Of a stretch of 64,000 nucleotides of DNA, positions 17,017-64,000 are shown piece after piece. Position numbers and translations under genes: made by a program. The DNA lies in assembly GCF_009914755.1 (NCBI RefSeq), contig NC_060943.1. One strand, written 5' to 3'. The stretch comes from the human T2T-CHM13v2.0 reference genome, Homo sapiens. The notes under the pieces were generated by a model. The model saw only the letters and a list, made by a program, of their open reading frames with translations, was not told where the DNA came from and made no database searches. Within the stretch, counting starts at the first letter, position 1, and the number at the start of each line of letters is the position of its first letter.

Positions 17017-17448
17017 TCAACCAAGCCCCAAGATGCACACCTTGTCAGGACCTGCTTCTGTGACATCACTGCTCATTGCTTTCTGGAGTCTAAAGTGAAC
17101 GGAGGCCCCAGTGAATGAAGGTGTATTTGAATGGGAGAAACCAGGGCTTCCCGATAGAGGAAGAAGCTAGATGGTACAAGAACTGGAATTTATAAACTTT
17201 CTTGGGAGGGGCCAGCTGTCAGGCAGCGGGGGAGCCACAGCTTTTAATAAGCAACTTTTGAGAGCAATGAAGCTTTACCCACATTATCTTACCCCAGCAT
17301 GAAGAAGGAAAGTTTTCCCTGCAAATACCCGGCTGGACCACTAGAGGTCAGTGTTTTGATTTTAAAAACCGGGAAGGAATATTCCATCACAAAAAAAGTG
17401 TAGGGAAAGAGGGAGCCTGAATTAGCGCTGGGGTCAGATGGACCCTGG

Positions 17449-17454
17449 TTTATT
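17449..17454 (-). terminator. ATP8B3: ATP8B3 poly(A) signal
   Basis: TTTATT on plus strand = AATAAA on minus strand, first one after the last exon. Confidence 0.7.
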
Positions 17455-17639
17455 AGAAAAAGAAAAGCATGTGGAGTCCTTGTCTTTAGAGGAAGGCCCC
17501 CTGCATGCTGGTTGACTTGCAGCAGAACTGGCTGGAGCTTCTTCTTCCCAGGAAGGACATCTTCCTGATATGCCAGCGTGACTCCTTTGGGCTCGAAGAT
17601 GCCTCTTCATCAGATGGGTCTAGGGATTCAGATGCTACG

Positions 17640-18362
17640 TCACTGCTGAACCCTGGTCCCCTCCGCAGAGGGCAATGACTGCTCCTCTGGGGGCAAGGAT
17701 AGCTGCTCCTCCCCGGGCACCAGCAGCCACTCCATGGATGATGATGACTGCTTCTCCGCGGGCCACAGCTCCACCTCCATAGGCTGCTCGCTCGTGGACG
17801 TGGACGATTCTTCCAGACTTGGTGGCAGAGTCTCCACCTGAGATTTGTGGGTCTTGTCTGGAAGTGGCACCGTCCCCTCCTTGGGGGTGTGAGGCTCCTT
17901 TTGCCAGCTCTTCCGGAACGGTGTGGAGGGCTTCAAAAATGCTGACTTCTCCTCCGAGGAGTCTGGCTGGCTCTCCAACGTCAGCTGGCCTGAAAGAAAT
18001 GACTGGCTCCCCAGAGGCTGTGGCTGGCTCTCAAATGACGACAGCTGGCTTTCTCTGTGCAACAGTGATTTCTCCTGAAAAGAATGTGACCTCTCCTTGG
18101 TCAACAGCAACTTCTCAGGAGAAGGTGGCCTCTGCTTGGGTGACAATGACCTCTCCTGTGCCCTTGGCAATTGCTCTTGGAAAGACTCAGATAGCCTGTT
18201 GCTGCTGGTGAGCACATATTTGGGGAGGGCAGGTTGGTTTTCTGGATGAAGAGCGGATTGTCTATCCATAGAAAATGATGAGCTAGGTGTAGGGGGGAGC
18301 TGTACTTCCTGGGAGGACACCTGCCCCTGTGGCTGGTGCTTCTTCTTCCCCAGGAAGGACAT
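17640..18362 (-). other. 240-aa S/P/Q/E-rich ORF in the ATP8B3 3' UTR, in frame with the main CDS (candidate cryptic or relic C-terminal extension)
   Basis: TGA-CAC-CTC-AGG-AAG-ATG then 240 open codons in unique, non-Alu sequence. Confidence 0.5.
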
Positions 18363-18374
18363 CTTCCTGAGGTG

Positions 18375-47052
<28,678 letters not shown>

Positions 47053-47329
47053 TCACCGCATGAGGAAAAGGGAGGTTCAGGGCGAAGAGGGGTTTAGGCT
47101 GTGGGACGGGGGAGAGGTGGGGGAGACCCCCGTGGGGGCAGACTGGGGATTGGAGAGTTGGAGAGAATGCTCAAATGGCCAGAATCCACTCGAAGTGTAT
47201 CTGGGGGCAGAAAGAGACACGGACACAGCGCTGGCTTCCTGCCCCCTCACTAACTGGGATGCCCCATTACTCGGAAGCCCCCCACCCCGTCTTCCCGCAG
47301 CCGCAGGGGCACAGGACCGCCCTGGACAG

Positions 47330-48100
47330 GGCTCCAGAGTCCAGGGCTGTCTGCACCCGCCCCGGGGCCCCGACCGCGCGAACCTCTAGGGGCGCGCTCT
47401 CCACCCCCGCCGCCACGACCCCAGCTCTCAGCCTGGGTGGAGCCCAGAGAGGGTGCGCGGGCTCCCGGGGACGCACAGCAGTGGGAGCACCCGCCGCTCA
47501 CCGGCGCAGGAGAGGCAGGGAGGGGCAGGCCGCGGGCGTCCAGGGCGGCGGACGTGGTGGAACCGTTAGCCCGGTGCCAACGGTCCTGAAACGGGGGGCG
47601 GGATCTCGGGGCGGGGCCTCGGGGCCCGGCCAAGGCGAAGGTGGAGCCAGTTCGGACCCCGGAAGGGGGCCGGGGGCGGGGCCTGGAGGGGGTGGGTGGG
47701 GCCAAGGCGAAGAAGGGGCGGGGCCTCGAGGGTGGGGCCGAGCGGAGCACGGCCGAGCAGGATGGGGGCCAGGCCTCAGGGACGCGGTCACGGCCGAAGG
47801 GCGGGGCCTCGCAGAGCCTCGCAGAACAGGCCGGGATGGAAGACGCTCGGGAGCAGTGCCTGGGTCTGGGGAGGGGCCGGGACTTTGGGGAAGGGACTAG
47901 AAGGAAGGCGAGGACGAGCGGGGTCTCGCTGAGCAAAGTCAGAGTAGGGGCGGGGCCAGGACTCAGGGGCTTGGCCAGAGCGGGAAGCGGGGTTGAGCAT
48001 GGCCTTGCGGAGCAGTGTTATGGTAGGGGCGGGGCTGGGATCCGGAGCCGTTACAAAGGAGGAAGGCGGGGCCGCGCAGAGCAGGGTCAGGGTAGGAGGG
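47330..48100 (-). promoter_or_regulatory. ATP8B3: ATP8B3 CpG-island promoter with multiple Sp/KLF GC boxes
   Basis: Repeated GGGGCGGGG motifs and high CpG density just upstream of the start codon exon. Confidence 0.7.
47502..47620 (-). other. ATP8B3: ATP8B3 probable non-coding exon 1 (5' end approximate)
   Basis: Strong donor CCG|gtgagc at 47501 inside a CpG island with GC boxes. Probable exon 2 acceptor at 47201. Confidence 0.55.
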
Positions 48101-48810
48101 CGCTCAGGGTGGGTCCAGGACAGAAGGCAGGGCCTTGGGAGGGCCTTAGGGAGCAGTGCCAGTGCAGGGGCGGAGCCTGAAAGGGAAGAGGGTGTCAGGG
48201 CAGGGCCGGGCCGGGCTTGGTCAGGGAGCAGAAAGAACCTGCACCGCAGGGCGGGGTTGGAAGGGTTCTTGGAAAGGTGGGCCTGGGTCAGGTCGGAATG
48301 GGCCTTGCAGACCTGACGGGGCTGAGGCTGGTGCGGCCAGCGTGGCAGAGTGCAGGAGGAAGGACCACAGGTAACGGCGGTTATGTAAGTCATGTCTGAT
48401 CCGTGTCCTGGGTTCGTTCATTCATCCCATACACGTTCAACGAGCGCCTCCTAGGCGCAGATGCAGGGCTGAGCACCAGGCTGGGGAGAGGCGGTTATAG
48501 CCATTGAGACCACCCTAAGGCCAAGAGGAAGCCCGCAGGGTTCTTTCCAGCAGGTGGCAGGGGCTCAGGGATCCTTACTGAAGAAGTGGCAGGGGTGAGT
48601 TCAGCGACGAGGCTAGGGCGGGTCCAGGCCAGCGATAGGGCCTGGAGCCAGGGTCAGAAAGTGTGTGCGGAGGGGCTGCTGAAGATGAAATGCCCCCAAG
48701 AGTGAGGCTACCTGGGGTGAGGGCCCAAAGGGAGAGGCAAACATGGGTGGAGGGGGATAGGGAAGCCACCTCCCCCATCAAAGCGGCAACCACCTGAGGG
48801 CTCTCGGTGA

Positions 48811-49740
<930 letters not shown>

Positions 49741-50580
49741 TCACTAGTCACAAGAACAGCCCTCGAGGGTGGAAGGGCCTGGCCTAACCACGGTCCCCCA
49801 GGAGGGCCCTGGAGAGATGCAGAGCCCAGAACCGGGAAGGGAGCCTTGGGATGGAGTCCTCTGGGGAGGGCCCCCACGTCCTCATCCCGGGACCTGTGCC
49901 CTTGGCCTTGCCCTTCAGCAGAAGCCCAAGACCAGGGTGGCAGGAAACCCACTCCAGGCAACCTGCCCCCAGCTGCTGGGTCCTGTCCCGCAAGGCTCAT
50001 CACTTTTTCTACTTGAGGTCAATAAAAAGTGGGGCCTAAACACCCCTGGGCCTCCCATTTCCAAATGGGGTCCCGATGCAACCACAGTTGCCCGAGACGT
50101 GCGTGCACTACACAATGTGTGGCGTTTCCTGGCAAGGGCCGGAGCAGCTTTCCGTGTCTGCACTCCATCCTTTGACGGGCAACACACAGCAGCTCCCAGT
50201 CTCTTTAACCCCCTCTCACCATCTGTGTGCAGTCCCTATCTCTGGGCAGGGCAGAGAGGGAAGCCAGCTCTGTGCACAGGGCCCAGCTCCACACAGGGCT
50301 GGGGACACCACCCACTGTCCGAGAGGCACTAGAAGCTGCAGGATGGTGGCCCATGATCTGGGGCTGGAACTGGGACCCCACAGCAGGTGTGGCCCAGCCC
50401 TGGGGGAGCCAGCCCTGGGCCAGCTTTTGTGAGGGAAAGTTTCACTGCTCTGTTTTCTCTGCGTTGATGGGAAGAGAATCAGTCCCGGCTGCAGGGACAG
50501 TGGCCTCCCCGGGGCACATGCAGAGGCCTCACCAGGCACCAAGACCAAGACCACCACAAAATCTAAAATCCATACAAACA

Positions 50581-50586
50581 TTTATT
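50581..50586 (-). terminator. REXO1: REXO1 distal poly(A) signal (proximal candidate at 51302-51307)
   Basis: AATAAA on the minus strand followed by U/GU-rich sequence. Confidence 0.75.
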
Positions 50587-51381
50587 CTGTCCCTGCCTGG
50601 AGGTGAGGGGGAAGGGGGTCCGGAGAGCCCCGCAGAGGAGGACGGGGCTCTAGCGGGAAGACAGTGTCCGGAGGCCGGTGGGCTCCCTCTAGACGGCAGA
50701 CCCTGGGGCTAACGAGGGGCCAGCTGGGTTCTCAGAGGTCACGGAGTGCAGGGGTGGGGCGGCGAGTGGTGGAAGCCGGCGCCCCCGAAGACCGGCCAGC
50801 CCCTGGAGCACAGAGGCGGGTCCAGCCCACACTGCGCTGAGTGTGGCCCTGGCCCCCACTGGGGTCTGTCCCACCCCCACCCCGCAGGAGGGAAGGCAGC
50901 AGGCCCGCTCTTCCCGGTGGGAAAGATGCTGTGCAAGTCATCAGGTTTAAATTAAAAATAATAAAAATAACAATACAAAATAAAAAAAGACTGTCTCAAA
51001 CAAACCTGGGACAAGCCCGCCCCGCGACCCACGTGAGGAGCAGAGGTGCCGGCCACCACCCGGGAGGGAGGGCCTGGCAGGAGGGGCAGGAGGGGCTGCG
51101 GGCCGGGTGGGGGCGGGCTCTGTCCTGGTCTCCATCAGCAGCAGTTTCTAGAGACGCCAGAGGGCTGGGGGGCAGAGGGTGGGGACCGGCGGAGGGGTGC
51201 GGCAGGACGTGAGCGGGGGTGGGCTGGGCTGGGCGTTCTCTGGCCGCCAGCTCATCCCGCTGCTCTGGGCTGCCTCGGCCAGGTGGACGGGTTACCGGAG
51301 ATTTATTGCACTGTTTTGGAAGAGGCATGGGGCTAAGGACCAGCGGGACGGCAGGAGAGGCGGGTGGGAGGCGGGCAGGCG

Positions 51382-63947
<12,566 letters not shown>

Positions 63948-64000
63948 CTGAAGGGAACAGAGAGCACAGCTGTGACCAGCCTGCCGGAGAGGAGCCCGCA

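Overview
Human genomic DNA (GC-rich, Alu-dense), recognisable from the encoded proteins as the 19p13.3 ONECUT3-ATP8B3-REXO1 locus. Plus strand: the end of ONECUT3 intron 1, its homeodomain exon (10508-10800) and a ~5.6 kb 3' UTR. Minus strand: the complete ATP8B3 P4-ATPase gene (28 coding exons that I spliced by hand to 3903 nt = 1300 aa + stop) and REXO1 exons 2-16 (DEDDh exonuclease; exon 1 is outside the window), with MIR1909 filling its 70-nt last intron. The top finding is in the ATP8B3 3' UTR. The TGA stop is followed in the same frame by 244 more sense codons, and a ~140-bp duplicate of the stop region 800 bp downstream has TGG (Trp) at the homologous codon. This suggests a nonsense-truncated or readthrough-capable C-terminal extension. 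Other findings include a dense set of neuronal miRNA seed sites in the ONECUT3 3' UTR, two candidate intronic enhancers, a palindrome-embedded splice donor with a poison decoy in REXO1, and stop-free in-frame introns. Gene and repeat names come from recognition without database searches. Repeat boundaries are approximate.
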